This document shows, in pieces, positions 47,941 through 58,350 of a stretch of 64,000 bases of DNA. The first letter of the stretch is position 1; each line of letters starts with the position of its first letter. The position numbers were made by a program, and so were the translations under genes. The DNA comes from an uncultured Alphaproteobacteria bacterium (GTDB lineage: Bacteria; Pseudomonadota; Alphaproteobacteria; MPNO01; UBA2964): positions 274,648 to 338,647 of the forward strand of contig CALSLP010000002.1 in the NCBI GenBank assembly GCA_943787225.1. The letters run 5' to 3'. The notes beneath the pieces were generated by a model, which saw only the letters and a list, made by a program, of their open reading frames with translations, had not been told where the DNA came from and did not search any database.

Positions 47941-49838
47941 GCGTCATGATCAGCATAGCCAATCGATTTTAGCGCAACAGTAATTTCATCGAGAATAACA
48001 GGATCATCGATTGTCGCTGGCATATTATAAGTCTGGCTATCGGCGATTTTCTGCATTGTCCCACGTAACACCTTGCCTGAACGGGTTTTGGGGAGTCGTT
48101 GGACAACAGTCGCTGTCTTAAAGGACGCGACCGGACCGATATTTTCCCGGACCAAGCCAACGACTTCATCAACGATCTCAGCGTTTTCTCGATTTACGCC
48201 AGCATTTAGAACCAGAAAACCGAGCGGTACCTGACCTTTCAGCTCATCAGCAACCCCAATGACCGCGCACTCCGCGACATCAGGATGCGCCGCCAGCACT
48301 TCCTCCATTGCGCCGGTCGATAGCCGATGTCCCGCTGTATTGATAATATCATCGGTCCGCGCCATGACGAAAACATAGCCATCGTCATCGATATAGCCTG
48401 CATCGGCCGTCTGATAAAATCCTGGAAACTCTTTCAGATAAGCGTCCTTAAACCGGTCATCTGCATTCCACAAAGTCAGCAAAGTTCCCGGCGGCAACGG
48501 CAATTTCGCCACCAATGCCCCAATCTCACCCGCGGCGACCTCGTTGCCCCCTGCATCAAGTACCTTCAGATCCCAGCCAGGAACAGGCTTCGTAGGGGAA
48601 CCGTGCTTGACCGGTAGCGGCTCAATCCCGAGACAATTGGCACTGATCGACCAACCGGTTTCGGTCTGCCACCAGTGATCAATAACCGGCACACCAAGAT
48701 GCTTCTCAGCCCAGCTCAATGTGTCAGGGTCGGAGCGCTCTCCTGCCAAGAACAACGCCTTGAAATGCACAAGATCATAATCAGCAACCAGTTTACCGAC
48801 AGGGTCTTCCCGTTTGATGGCCCGAAAGGCGGTCGGGGCCGTGAAAAGTGTTGTCACCTTATGATCGGCGATAACCCGCCAGAAGGCACCAGCATCGGGC
48901 GTTCCCACGGGCTTTCCTTCATAAAACACCGATGTCGCGCCAGCCAATAGGGGTCCGTAAACGATATAAGAATGACCCACCACCCAGCCGATATCTGACG
49001 CCGCCCAATACACATCCCCGGGCTGCACGTCATAGACAGCCTTCATCGTCCAATTCAGCGCAACGGCATGACCACCATTGTCACGAACGACACCCTTGGG
49101 TTCGCCCGTCGTGCCGGAGGTATAAAGAATATAAAGCGGGTCCGTGGCTGCCACCGATACGCAGTCATGCGGCTGCGCTGCCGCCATGGCCGCCTTCCAA
49201 TCGAGATCCTTCGCCCCCAGCTGACATTGCAGGGCATCGCGCTGCACGATAATCGAGCGGTCCGTCTGATGCGTCGCAAGATCACAGGCACCATCCAGCA
49301 AGGGTTTATACGCGACGACCCGGCCAGGCTCGAGACCACAGGATGCCGAGACGATGACTTTGGGTTTCGCATCATCAATACGCACCGCAAGCTCATTGGC
49401 AGCAAATCCGCCAAAGACCACCGAATGCACCGCCCCCAGCCGCGCGCAGGCAAGCATCGCTATAACGGCTTCCGGGATCATCGGCATGTAGATGACAACC
49501 CGATCCCCTTTGGCGACACCTTCATTCGCCAAAGCCCCCGCAAAGAGCGCCACCTGATCCCGCAATTCCCGATAGGTGTAATTGACGACCTGGTCAGTCA
49601 TCGGGCTGTCATAGATTAAGGCGTTCTGATCAGCGCGACCATTTTCGACATGACGATCAAGAGCGTTGTAACAGGTATTGAGCATGCCGCCGGAGAACCA
49701 GCGATAGAATGGCGGGTTGGAGTCATCGAGGACGGTGTCCCACTTCCTGTCCCAGTCGATACCATCCGCTGCTTCGGCCCAGAAGGCGTTTCTATCCGTC
49801 ATCGAGCGCTGATAGGCGCTAGCGAATTCTCCCGACAT
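47937..49838 (-). CDS. prpE: propionate--CoA ligase (ACSS3/PrpE-type short-chain acyl-CoA synthetase)
   Basis: FWAEAADGIDW...PFYRWFSGGMLNTCYNALDRH, YTSGTTGEPKG, ASDIGWVVGHSYIVYGPLLAG and TIDDP closely parallel PrpE as I remember it; 633 aa. Confidence 0.8.
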   Translation of the reverse strand: MSGEFASAYQRSMTDRNAFWAEAADGIDWDRKWDTVLDDSNPPFYRWFSGGMLNTCYNALDRHVENGRADQNALIYDSPMTDQVVNYTYRELRDQVALFAGALANEGVAKGDRVVIYMPMIPEAVIAMLACARLGAVHSVVFGGFAANELAVRIDDAKPKVIVSASCGLEPGRVVAYKPLLDGACDLATHQTDRSIIVQRDALQCQLGAKDLDWKAAMAAAQPHDCVSVAATDPLYILYTSGTTGEPKGVVRDNGGHAVALNWTMKAVYDVQPGDVYWAASDIGWVVGHSYIVYGPLLAGATSVFYEGKPVGTPDAGAFWRVIADHKVTTLFTAPTAFRAIKREDPVGKLVADYDLVHFKALFLAGERSDPDTLSWAEKHLGVPVIDHWWQTETGWSISANCLGIEPLPVKHGSPTKPVPGWDLKVLDAGGNEVAAGEIGALVAKLPLPPGTLLTLWNADDRFKDAYLKEFPGFYQTADAGYIDDDGYVFVMARTDDIINTAGHRLSTGAMEEVLAAHPDVAECAVIGVADELKGQVPLGFLVLNAGVNRENAEIVDEVVGLVRENIGPVASFKTATVVQRLPKTRSGKVLRGTMQKIADSQTYNMPATIDDPVILDEITVALKSIGYADHDA

Positions 49839-49981
49839 ATTCCCCCCAAATTTGGCTTATGATTATTTGTTTATTGCGCAAACGATTGGGTTCATCGTCG
49901 CTTATAACGACGGTGTTTGTCATCCCATAGATTTCACCGAACAAAGCAACCGTATCGGTGAACGGAAATCACTTTTTGTTG

Positions 49982-50146
49982 CTAGGCGTTTATGCCCAGC
50001 ATTTCGTCTTTTAATCGGAGTTTTTGTTTCTTGAGCGCTGCTATCAGCTTCTCATCGGGTTGAGGACGTTTACGTTCTTCGAGTAGTTTATTTTCCAGAC
50101 TGGCATGGTGCGTTTCGAGTGAAGACTTCGCTTCGTCAACAGTCAT
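49982..50146 (-). CDS. DUF465 (YdcH-like) small protein, 54 aa
   Basis: Not in the ORF track because it is <60 aa. MTVDEAKSSLETHHASLENKLLEERKRPQPDEKLIAALKKQKLRLKDEMLGINA. AGGAG lies 7 nt upstream. Has the LKK.KL.LKDE signature of DUF465. Confidence 0.7.
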   Translation of the reverse strand: MTVDEAKSSLETHHASLENKLLEERKRPQPDEKLIAALKKQKLRLKDEMLGINA

Positions 50147-50200
50147 ATTGTGCTCCTTACAGGTCAGAGACAGAACGCCTTATTCTAGACACAGCTTGTG

Positions 50201-51253
50201 TCAATCTCCAAGACAGATTCCAAGACCCTGCGCGGTCCGCACCACGGCCCCTTTTGGATCGACCGGATGAGAATGTCCAACGACATCTGCGAGGGGGACA
50301 TCGATGCAATCCCGGCATGACCAGGCAACCATCCGGTCAAACTTTCCGGCCGCAATAAGATCAACCGCATGCACCCCAAAGGCAGAACCAAACAATCGGT
50401 CACGCGGTGTCGGCACACCACCTCGCTGTGTGTGGCCAAGAACCGTCACACGGCACTCCGCCCCGGTCTTCTCAGATAGCCGGTCACACAAATACTGACC
50501 GATACCGGTCCCCGCAGAAGCATTGTCGGGCTTCACACCCTCGGCGGCAACGACAAGGGCAAAGGTCCGGCCTTCGCTGCTCCGGATGTCATCAAGCTTG
50601 GCACAAAGACGATCCAGATCGTAAGGGATCTCCGGAATAAGAATGATATCCGCCCCACCGGCGATTCCGGCATTGATTGCAATATGACCATGCGCACGGC
50701 CCATAACTTCCAGAATCATAACCCTGTCATGACTTGCTGCCGTCGGTTGCAGACGGTCCAGAGCTTCCGTCGCAACATCAACAGCCGTCAGATAACCAAC
50801 GGCATTCTCGGTTAAATCGACATCGTTATCGATTGTCTTTGGCACACCGACGAGATTCCATCCGCCCTGCTGGGCCAGTTTGCGCAGGATTTCCAGACTA
50901 CCATCCCCACCGATCGCGATCAGCGCATCGAGCCCAAGTTGTTTATAACCATCGATGATTTCTTGCGAGCGATCCTGGCGGCTGCCATCCGGCATCGGAA
51001 AATCAAAGGGATCACCGCTATTGACCGACCCCAGTATCGTGCCCCCCATGCGGAGAGCAGTCCCGGTGAAATCAGGCAGCGTCAGCTCCTGATAGCGCGG
51101 CGGCCGATCAAACAATCCGTGACTGCCATCATTGATCCCATAAACCTCCCAGCCATATTCACCAATTGCCCGTTTGGTGACAGCCCGGATGACAGCGTTG
51201 AGCCCTGCGCAATCGCCGCCGCTGGTCAGAACCCCTATACGATTTATTGCCAT
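50201..51253 (-). CDS. pfkA: 6-phosphofructokinase (PfkA family; phosphoryl-donor specificity ambiguous)
   Basis: IGVLTSGGDCAGLN, IGGDGS and PKTIDNDV motifs; 350 aa. Confidence 0.85.
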   Translation of the reverse strand: MAINRIGVLTSGGDCAGLNAVIRAVTKRAIGEYGWEVYGINDGSHGLFDRPPRYQELTLPDFTGTALRMGGTILGSVNSGDPFDFPMPDGSRQDRSQEIIDGYKQLGLDALIAIGGDGSLEILRKLAQQGGWNLVGVPKTIDNDVDLTENAVGYLTAVDVATEALDRLQPTAASHDRVMILEVMGRAHGHIAINAGIAGGADIILIPEIPYDLDRLCAKLDDIRSSEGRTFALVVAAEGVKPDNASAGTGIGQYLCDRLSEKTGAECRVTVLGHTQRGGVPTPRDRLFGSAFGVHAVDLIAAGKFDRMVAWSCRDCIDVPLADVVGHSHPVDPKGAVVRTAQGLGICLGD

Positions 51254-51381
51254 TATCTGTTCACCATTCTAGAACACACCTACTTAAGAACCGGGTATAT
51301 TAGTAACGTGTAAAGCCTGTTGCGATATCTGTACCTCTGGAGTGGCCAAGCAAGCCAGCAAAATGGACTTTAACGGTAGTG

Positions 51382-51582
51382 ATGGAAGATCAAGACGCCC
51401 TCAGACGCCGAATAGCCGCACTCGAAACCGAGCATGGTGACCTCGACGGCGTCATCGATCAAATTTCTGAAAAAGCACCGTTTGACCAGTTACAGGTGCA
51501 ACGGCTCAAAAAGCGCAAGCTGGTCTTAAAAGATGAAATTCAGTCGCTCAGAAGCTGGCTTATCCCAGACAATATCGCCTGA
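51382..51582 (+). CDS. DUF465 (YdcH-like) small protein
   Basis: MEDQDALRRRIAALETEHGDLDGVI...LQVQRLKKRKLVLKDEIQSL. Same family signature as 49982-50146. Confidence 0.7.
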   Translation: MEDQDALRRRIAALETEHGDLDGVIDQISEKAPFDQLQVQRLKKRKLVLKDEIQSLRSWLIPDNIA

Positions 51583-51584
51583 AC

Positions 51585-52325
51585 CTACGACGCGGCGGCC
51601 GCCTGCACCTTTTTCTTGTAAGCCATCTTATTTTCATACATCGCACGGTCCGCCGCCGCCAGGGCATCGCCGGCAGTGTCACCACCTCTAAAGGTGTAGA
51701 TGCCATAAGAGACCAGGAGCGGAATATTTTCTCCATTCCAGTCAAGCGGCTGATCTTCAATGCTTTGAACGAGCATCTGACCTTTTTCAGCCGCCGTCGT
51801 CTCATCCGCCTGTGACAAAATGACAGCAAACTCATCGCCACCGAGACGGCCGACAACATCAGATTCCCGAACATTTTCGACCAGCACATCTGCGATCCGC
51901 ATCAGTGCTGCATCACCAGCGGGATGACCATGTGTATCGTTAATCGGCTTCAGCCCGTTGACGTCAAAATAGACCAGACTACTCGGTGAATCATACCGTT
52001 CGGAAAAGGCCATAATGCGTGACAGCTCACGGACGAAGGCCCGCCGGTTCGCGACCGGTGCCAACGCATCTTGATCAGCCAGCTGTTCAAGATAGGCAAT
52101 CCGCTGACGGCTTTGTTCTAGCTCTCTGCGAAGTGATTCAACCTCTTCCATAAGACGCTGGATCGCGCCTTGAACCTTGGGTGTTAGCTCCGCATCAGGA
52201 ATACCCAGGACACTGGCAGAATCAGATATAACGCGCGCAGCGGGAGCCGCCGTCTCCCCCGACCTCGAATAGGCCGAGGCGAGCCTTGCATTTGGCACAA
52301 TCGGTCTTGAACTCGAAACTTTCAT
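51585..52325 (-). CDS. diguanylate cyclase (coiled-coil plus GGDEF domain)
   Basis: Canonical RLGGDEFAV with an RESD I-site 5 residues upstream. ATG at 52325 preferred over the TTG at 52382. Confidence 0.85.
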   Translation of the reverse strand: MKVSSSRPIVPNARLASAYSRSGETAAPAARVISDSASVLGIPDAELTPKVQGAIQRLMEEVESLRRELEQSRQRIAYLEQLADQDALAPVANRRAFVRELSRIMAFSERYDSPSSLVYFDVNGLKPINDTHGHPAGDAALMRIADVLVENVRESDVVGRLGGDEFAVILSQADETTAAEKGQMLVQSIEDQPLDWNGENIPLLVSYGIYTFRGGDTAGDALAAADRAMYENKMAYKKKVQAAAAS

Positions 52326-52480
52326 AACCCGCCCGCATACTCCAGCATCTAGGAAGGCATAAACGCCCACGTTCCTAGTCAACGCTCAATTCGTTAAGGA
52401 AGTATTAGAAACGTCAGGAAACACATCATGTTGCGCGGAAACGGCAAGCTGTATCGCCAAGGCCTGATGGTGAAAGCCCG

Positions 52481-53137
52481 CTACCGTGCGCGGGCGCGCA
52501 CGGTTCGTAATATTCTGAACGGGTCGGGAAGGCGGCAGGCAAGCTTCTCGAGTCGGCTGCGCACTGCCGGGATTTTCATCACATCAGCGATGCGCCGATC
52601 AAGAAACCCCCAACTATCCGCACTATCTTGTGATTCATCGTTGAGCCAGAAAAGCGTCGTCGTTGTCAGGACACCCACCAGTAACGCACGCTTGGTATAA
52701 AAGCTGAAATCGGAAGAGCGGTCGCCAACCGCGTACCAGATGGCGTCAACTGTTTTGTAGACACCCCTGCCGGCTCGCGAAATATTTCCCGGTAGGGACA
52801 AAAACCCGATGGTCCGGCGAACCGTCTCGCGATGCGCCGCCAGGATCTCAAGGCGCAACCGGGCCGCCAGCGCGACTCGCTCCCGTAATTTCAAACCCTC
52901 CGTCTTTTGCGACGACAGAGCCGCAAGCATTTGTTGGTCGGCCCAGTCACTAAAATAGGCCGCAATCTCTCTCGCCCCGCCAGGAAAGAAACGGTCAACC
53001 TCGATCGCTTCTAGCCCAGCATCCGCAGCCCCCGCCTGCAAAGCGGCATCCGTCCACCCATCGAAAGCAACGTGAGGCAGGATTGCCTCGAGCAAGCTGT
53101 TACGTTGTTTCAGTCGATTGTCGGGATGGTCAGGCAT
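52481..53137 (-). CDS. COQ9-family protein (rpsU-divergently-transcribed-protein family)
   Basis: LLEAILPHVAFDGWTDAAL...FSDWADQQM... resembles bacterial COQ9 homologues (TIGR02396, from memory). Confidence 0.6.
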   Translation of the reverse strand: MPDHPDNRLKQRNSLLEAILPHVAFDGWTDAALQAGAADAGLEAIEVDRFFPGGAREIAAYFSDWADQQMLAALSSQKTEGLKLRERVALAARLRLEILAAHRETVRRTIGFLSLPGNISRAGRGVYKTVDAIWYAVGDRSSDFSFYTKRALLVGVLTTTTLFWLNDESQDSADSWGFLDRRIADVMKIPAVRSRLEKLACRLPDPFRILRTVRARAR

Positions 53138-53745
53138 TACGCTGCCGCTCCCTCGTCGTCTGTGATGCTCTCGTCGGCGCCCTCTTCAAACTCTTCTTCT
53201 CCTTCGAGCGCCGGCAGGCCGAACTTTTGCGCCTCTTCGGTAAAGACCAGAAGAGAAAGGTCGTCCATCCGCATCGGATATAAAATGCCATCCAGATGAT
53301 CGAACTCATGTTGAAAAACCCGCGCATGAAATCCAGTTGCTTCGCGATCAATCAGCTGGCCCTGCGGGGTAAAGCCACGATAGCGGATATGGGTGTGGCG
53401 CGCGACAGCGCCGGTTAGACCCGGCACCGACAAGCAGCCTTCCCAGCCCATCGCCATCTCTTCTGACAAAGGTTGCCACTCAGGATTAATAATCTCCGTC
53501 ATTGGAGCAAAATCGGTTTCCGGCGCGTCTTCCTCTTCACCACGCTCTTTCGGCGCGGCAAAGATCACCAGCCGTTTACTAATATGGACCTGCGGGGCCG
53601 CCAGCCCGGCGCCTCTGATGTCGGCAAGCGTTTCATGCATATCTTCAACCAGCTTGCGAATTTCGCGCGCTGTTGGATCAGGAACTTCCTTGGCGCGGTC
53701 CGCCAGGACAGGGTGGCCCATACGGGCAATTTTAAGAATAGACAT
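53137..53745 (-). CDS. def: peptide deformylase with an acidic C-terminal tail
   Basis: GAGLAAPQV, EGCLSVPG and QHEFDHL motifs. ATG at 53745. Its stop overlaps the COQ9-like start by 1 nt. Confidence 0.9.
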   Translation of the reverse strand: MSILKIARMGHPVLADRAKEVPDPTAREIRKLVEDMHETLADIRGAGLAAPQVHISKRLVIFAAPKERGEEEDAPETDFAPMTEIINPEWQPLSEEMAMGWEGCLSVPGLTGAVARHTHIRYRGFTPQGQLIDREATGFHARVFQHEFDHLDGILYPMRMDDLSLLVFTEEAQKFGLPALEGEEEFEEGADESITDDEGAAA

Positions 53746-53808
53746 ATCGCCAATATGGATCGGCGAGCGACCCAAATCAATTATTCTGTTGATATCAAAA
53801 TCAGGGTA

Positions 53809-55197
53809 TCAGCCAAGCGACTGGAGAATCTCTTCCGTCATTTTTTTGGCATCGCCAAACAGCATCATCGTGTTGTCGCGGAAGAACAGCTCGTTATCAA
53901 CACCGGCATAGCCAGAGGCCATGCCCCGTTTCACAAACAAAACGGTTTGCGCCTTTTCAACATCGAGGATCGGCATGCCATAGATGGGACTGTTTGGGTC
54001 TGTCTTGGCCGCCGGGTTCGTCACGTCATTGGCGCCAATAACATAGACCACATCCGCAGTAGAAAATTCGTGATTGATCTCTTCAAGTTCAAAAACTTCA
54101 TCATAGGGGACGTTGGCTTCCGCCAGCAGCACGTTCATATGGCCCGGCATCCGTCCGGCAACCGGATGAATGGCATAGGAAACCTTGACCCCAGCCGCTT
54201 TCAGAACATCGGTCATTTCGCGTAGCGCATGCTGCGCCTGAGCGACCGCCATTCCATAGCCCGGCACAATGATGACCTTGCCGGCATTCTGCATAATGAA
54301 GGCGGCATCTTCGGCACTGCCTTGACGGACCGTCTTGTCGCCCTGGGTTGTCGCCGCGACACCTTCTTCAGTCCCAAATCCACCAAGGATTACGTTAAAG
54401 AACGACCGGTTCATCCCTTTGCACATGATATAGCTCAGGATAGCGCCAGAGGAACCAACCAGCGCACCGGTAATGATGAGCAGCGTATTGCCAAGCGTGA
54501 ATCCAATCCCACACGCCGCCCAACCTGAATAAGAATTCAGCATCGAGACGACGACCGGCATATCGGCGCCACCGATGGGAAGAATAATTAAAAAACCAAG
54601 CACCAAGGCCAGCGCGACGATCAACCAATAGGCCTGATAGGATTCGGTCGCCGAAAACCAGGCAATTAAAGCAATCGCCGCAATGCCGAGCACGGCGTTC
54701 AGCAGATGCTGACCGGGGAAAACCAGCGGTGCCCCGGAAACCAACCCCTGCAGCTTGGCAAAAGCAACAATGGAGCCGGTAAAGGTGATCGCCCCTATAA
54801 ACGTGCCGATCGACATCTCAATCAGGCTTGCCGTCAAAATGCTACCAGCCGCGCCAATTCCGTAGGCATCCGGTGCATAGAGCGTTGCCGTTGCAACAAA
54901 CACCGCCGCGAGACCAACCAGGCTATGGAAAGCCGCCACCAATTGCGGCAGGGCGGTCATCTGAATTTTAAGGGCGGTCACCGTGCCAATCGTGCCACCG
55001 ACCAGAATACCGGCGATAATCCATGTGTAGCTCAACACGTGCGGACTGGCCAAGGTCGTCCCGATGGCAATCGCCATACCGATCATACCGGTGAGATTGC
55101 CACGCCGAGCCGTTTCCGGAGACGACAACCCCCGCAACGCCAGGATGAAACAAATTGCCGCCAGTAAGTAGGCTAGTCCGGATAATTCCTCAGACAC
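53809..55197 (-). CDS. pntB: NAD(P) transhydrogenase subunit beta
   Basis: 462 aa with an N-terminal polytopic membrane domain and a C-terminal NADP(H) domain (PGYGMAVAQAQH...HPVAGRMPGHMNVLLAEA). Confidence 0.95.
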   Translation of the reverse strand: MSEELSGLAYLLAAICFILALRGLSSPETARRGNLTGMIGMAIAIGTTLASPHVLSYTWIIAGILVGGTIGTVTALKIQMTALPQLVAAFHSLVGLAAVFVATATLYAPDAYGIGAAGSILTASLIEMSIGTFIGAITFTGSIVAFAKLQGLVSGAPLVFPGQHLLNAVLGIAAIALIAWFSATESYQAYWLIVALALVLGFLIILPIGGADMPVVVSMLNSYSGWAACGIGFTLGNTLLIITGALVGSSGAILSYIMCKGMNRSFFNVILGGFGTEEGVAATTQGDKTVRQGSAEDAAFIMQNAGKVIIVPGYGMAVAQAQHALREMTDVLKAAGVKVSYAIHPVAGRMPGHMNVLLAEANVPYDEVFELEEINHEFSTADVVYVIGANDVTNPAAKTDPNSPIYGMPILDVEKAQTVLFVKRGMASGYAGVDNELFFRDNTMMLFGDAKKMTEEILQSLG

Positions 55198-55200
55198 GCT

Positions 55201-55542
55201 TTAACCCTTCTTCCGGAACATCTGCAGCATGCGCTGCGAGACGATAAAGCCGCCAAAGATATTCACCGATGCCAGAACGACAGCGAGAAAACCCATGATC
55301 TTGGAAAAATGAACATCGGTAGGCCCGGCAGCGATCAACGCGCCGACAATAATGACCGATGAGATCGCGTTGGTGACGCTCATCAACGGCGAATGCAGCG
55401 CCGATGTGACATTCCAGACCACGTAGTAACCAACAAAAATTGCCAGCAGGAAAACCGTAAAAAGAGAAATGAGCGAACCGGTCGCGGCAGATGCCGCGGC
55501 AGCCTCTGTGGCCTGCATAATCTTGGTCGGGTCCATGCTCAA
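55201..55542 (-). CDS. pntA: NAD(P) transhydrogenase subunit alpha part 2 (membrane)
   Basis: 113 aa with three TM helices ([21 protein letters not shown]). Lies between pntAA and pntB. Confidence 0.9.
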   Translation of the reverse strand: MSMDPTKIMQATEAAAASAATGSLISLFTVFLLAIFVGYYVVWNVTSALHSPLMSVTNAISSVIIVGALIAAGPTDVHFSKIMGFLAVVLASVNIFGGFIVSQRMLQMFRKKG

Positions 55543-56711
55543 CTTGCCTCCGCTTTTTCGTTGGCTGGAGCCAGCCCGGGATGAACCACGGCGCCGTCAC
55601 GAGTCACGAGACAGCCCTGAATAATCTCATCCTCCCAATCAATGGCCAGCTTTTTGGTCTCTGGATCGATCATCGGCGTAATAAAATTAAGCAGATTCTT
55701 GGCATAGAGCATACTGGCATCAGCGGCCAACCGGCTGGGCACGTTGGCATGACCAACGATCTTCACCCCATGTTTAATGACGACCTCGCCATATTCGCTG
55801 ATCGGGCAATTACCACCTTGCTCAACCGCCAGATCGACGATCACCGAGCCTTCTTTCATTTCCTGAACTGTCTCTTCCGGAATAAGAACCGGTGCCGGGC
55901 GGCCGGGTATCAAAGCCGTGCAGATCGCGATATCGGTCTTGATCAAGGCTTCTTTGAGGACTTCTGCCTGACGGGCTTTATATTCGTCGGTCATTTCCTT
56001 GGCATAACCGCCCGCGGTTTCCGCGTCTTCGGTCGCGTCAGGATCAACCTCGACAAAACGACCACCAAGGCTTTCGACCTGTTCTTTCACAACGGGCCGC
56101 ACATCATAGGCTGACACCACGGCGCCAAGACGGCGAGCCGTCGCAATCGCCTGCAAACCGGCAACCCCGGCGCCAAGGACCAGGACTTTGGCCGGCGCAA
56201 TGGTGCCTGCTGCTGTCATCATCATGGGAAAGGCTCTGGTATATTCATGGGCCGCATCAAGCACCGCTTTATACCCGGCGAGATTGGATTGCGATGACAG
56301 CACATCCATCGACTGGGCGCGGCTGATACGCGGCAGCAATTCCATGGCAAAAGAGGTCACGCCCCGCTTCGCATATAAATCGGCTTGATCGGTATTGGAG
56401 AGAGCGGACAAGGTGCCAATCAGTATGGCCCCTGACTTCATCATCGCGATTTCGTCCTCACCACCATCCGCCACCGTCATCGGCCGCTGAACGCGCAGAA
56501 CGATATCGGCATCGCTGACAGCCTCCGCAGCAGTTGACGCGATTGTTGCGCCCGCTTCAGACAAGGCAGCATCGGAAATAGAGGCTGCTTCACCCGCCCC
56601 GGTTTCAACAACAACATCAAAGCCCAGCGCGATAAATTTCTTTACGGAATCGGGGGATGCTGAGATACGGGCTTCATTGGCCCATTTTTCTTTTGGAACA
56701 GCGATTTTCAT
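55539..56711 (-). CDS. pntA: NAD(P) transhydrogenase subunit alpha part 1 (NAD(H)-binding)
   Basis: Starts at [20 protein letters not shown] (ATG at 56711). [17 protein letters not shown] Rossmann motif. The 582-aa track ORF is an upstream over-extension. Confidence 0.9.
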   Translation of the reverse strand: MKIAVPKEKWANEARISASPDSVKKFIALGFDVVVETGAGEAASISDAALSEAGATIASTAAEAVSDADIVLRVQRPMTVADGGEDEIAMMKSGAILIGTLSALSNTDQADLYAKRGVTSFAMELLPRISRAQSMDVLSSQSNLAGYKAVLDAAHEYTRAFPMMMTAAGTIAPAKVLVLGAGVAGLQAIATARRLGAVVSAYDVRPVVKEQVESLGGRFVEVDPDATEDAETAGGYAKEMTDEYKARQAEVLKEALIKTDIAICTALIPGRPAPVLIPEETVQEMKEGSVIVDLAVEQGGNCPISEYGEVVIKHGVKIVGHANVPSRLAADASMLYAKNLLNFITPMIDPETKKLAIDWEDEIIQGCLVTRDGAVVHPGLAPANEKAEAS

Positions 56712-56856
56712 TAAGGTACAGGTGCAAATTATCCGCCAAAAATGTCCGGCGAGCGAACAATGACTCTTTGTAAGGGATTTGCCAAGGGGGGAGTCACGCA
56801 ATGGTGAAGCCACGTGATAATTGGTACTATAGAGGCACACTCGCTGGAGGATCGTT

Positions 56857-57651
56857 ATGACAAAAAGATCATTTTCAGGCATACTCTTGGGCGGCTTTTT
56901 TATTCTCGCTACCGCCATAAATCCGTTACGGGCAGAAACAGAAGAAACCATCTCAACCCGCGATGATGTTACCCTTTCCTTCATTGTCACCAAGCCGGAC
57001 GGACCCGTTAAATCTGCGGCTATCTTGTTTGTTGGCGGCTCTGGCAAGCTCAAGCTGTGGAAAGGTCGCGGACCACGGAGTAAAAATTTCCTGGTACGGT
57101 CACGGGCCCACTTCGCGAAGCGGGGCGTCCTGACCATCACCGTGGATGTTCCCTCGGATCGCCGCCGGAAAGGCGCCAACTTCTGGCGCGACTCAGATGA
57201 GCATCGCCAGGATATTGCCAGCCTTATCAGTTGGATCAAAACAAAGACGCCAACGCCGCTTTGGCTTATCGGCACCAGCCGCGGCACAATCTCCGTGGCC
57301 TATTTGGCTGGATCCCTCCCGGTTAATGGCGCAGTCTTCAGCGCGACCGTCACCGAAGTCTCAAATGCCGGCAAGCCAACGGCCCATGATGCTGACCTTC
57401 GTAAAATCAAAATCCCGTCTTTAATTGCCCATCACAAAGAAGATGCCTGTGTGGTGACCCCGGCAGACAGTCTACCGGCATTCGCCGCCGCGCTGAAAAA
57501 TTCTCCCAAAGTCGAGACCATGCTGTTTGAGGGCGGCGACCCGGATATATCCAGCCCCTGCAAAGCGCAGTCGGCGCACGGGTTTCTCGGTATTGAAGAC
57601 CGGGTTGTTGGCCGCATCGTCGACTGGATGCACGCAAACGCCTCTAAGTAG
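56857..57651 (+). CDS. secreted alpha/beta hydrolase (dienelactone-hydrolase-like)
   Basis: Signal peptide (ILLGGFFILATAINPLRA), GTSRG nucleophile elbow and a C-terminal HGF histidine. Confidence 0.65.
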   Translation: MTKRSFSGILLGGFFILATAINPLRAETEETISTRDDVTLSFIVTKPDGPVKSAAILFVGGSGKLKLWKGRGPRSKNFLVRSRAHFAKRGVLTITVDVPSDRRRKGANFWRDSDEHRQDIASLISWIKTKTPTPLWLIGTSRGTISVAYLAGSLPVNGAVFSATVTEVSNAGKPTAHDADLRKIKIPSLIAHHKEDACVVTPADSLPAFAAALKNSPKVETMLFEGGDPDISSPCKAQSAHGFLGIEDRVVGRIVDWMHANASK

Positions 57652-57669
57652 ACGTTTACAGAAGGCTGA

Positions 57670-58350
57670 TTATATAAGGCCGATTGCCTTTGCGATGGCC
57701 GGCGTCCTTTGATCTCCCTCTGAGGCGGTCAGGCGCGGTAAGGCGATAATCGGCACCTCTCCGGTAAAGCGCGATAGCGTTGCCTGTGTCTCGGATAATG
57801 CAACCGGGCTTTCTATTGATTCGCTGATGACGATTCCGGCAATGGTCAAGCCACGACTCTGAACCGCCTGCAAAGCTGTGAGCGTATGGCTCAACGTTCC
57901 AAGATAAGAACCAACGACAAGCAGCACCGGCGCACCCACGTCGACCATCAAATCCAGGACGGTCTCTCTATCTGTAAGCGGCACCATCACACCGCCCACG
58001 CCTTCGATAATCCTGATTGAATCTGTCTCGGCATTCGCCCGACAGAAATGGGCGATCTCTTTGACATAGAGTGATCGACCTTCATGAGCCGCCGCCATAT
58101 CCGGCGAGACAGGGTCGCGAAACCGCCACGGTGAAATTTCATCCACGCTATTCCGCGTCACGTCACAGCCAAGCGCCTTAAGGATCAATCCCGTATCACT
58201 GTCGTTGGGATTAACCTCGTCAAAGCCAGAGATTACGGGCTTTATCGCCCGACACGTCTTTCCCGCCCTGCGTATTTCGTTGATCAGTATAGTGGTCACA
58301 AATGTCTTGCCGACCTCGGTCCCGGCCCCCGATACAAACAGGGTACTCAC
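57670..58350 (-). CDS. bioD: dethiobiotin synthase
   Basis: FVSGAGTEVGKT P-loop; 226 aa. 4-nt overlap with bioF. Confidence 0.9.
   Translation of the reverse strand: MSTLFVSGAGTEVGKTFVTTILINEIRRAGKTCRAIKPVISGFDEVNPNDSDTGLILKALGCDVTRNSVDEISPWRFRDPVSPDMAAAHEGRSLYVKEIAHFCRANAETDSIRIIEGVGGVMVPLTDRETVLDLMVDVGAPVLLVVGSYLGTLSHTLTALQAVQSRGLTIAGIVISESIESPVALSETQATLSRFTGEVPIIALPRLTASEGDQRTPAIAKAIGLI

Noticed and set aside
49933-49962. An 8-bp inverted repeat TTCACCGA-N14-TCGGTGAA between the DUF465 gene and prpE, as a possible operator or terminator.
   Set aside because: By my rough estimate, about 20 inverted repeats of this size with a spacer of 20 nt or less are expected by chance in 64 kb. There is no U-run and no second copy. 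It is not distinguishable from background without comparative data.
55539-57287. A 582-aa ORF suggesting a much longer pntAA product.
   Set aside because: The conserved PntAA sequence begins at MKIAVPKEK (ATG at 56711). The upstream 190 codons have no homology-like features and run antisense through the well-supported hydrolase gene 56857-57651.
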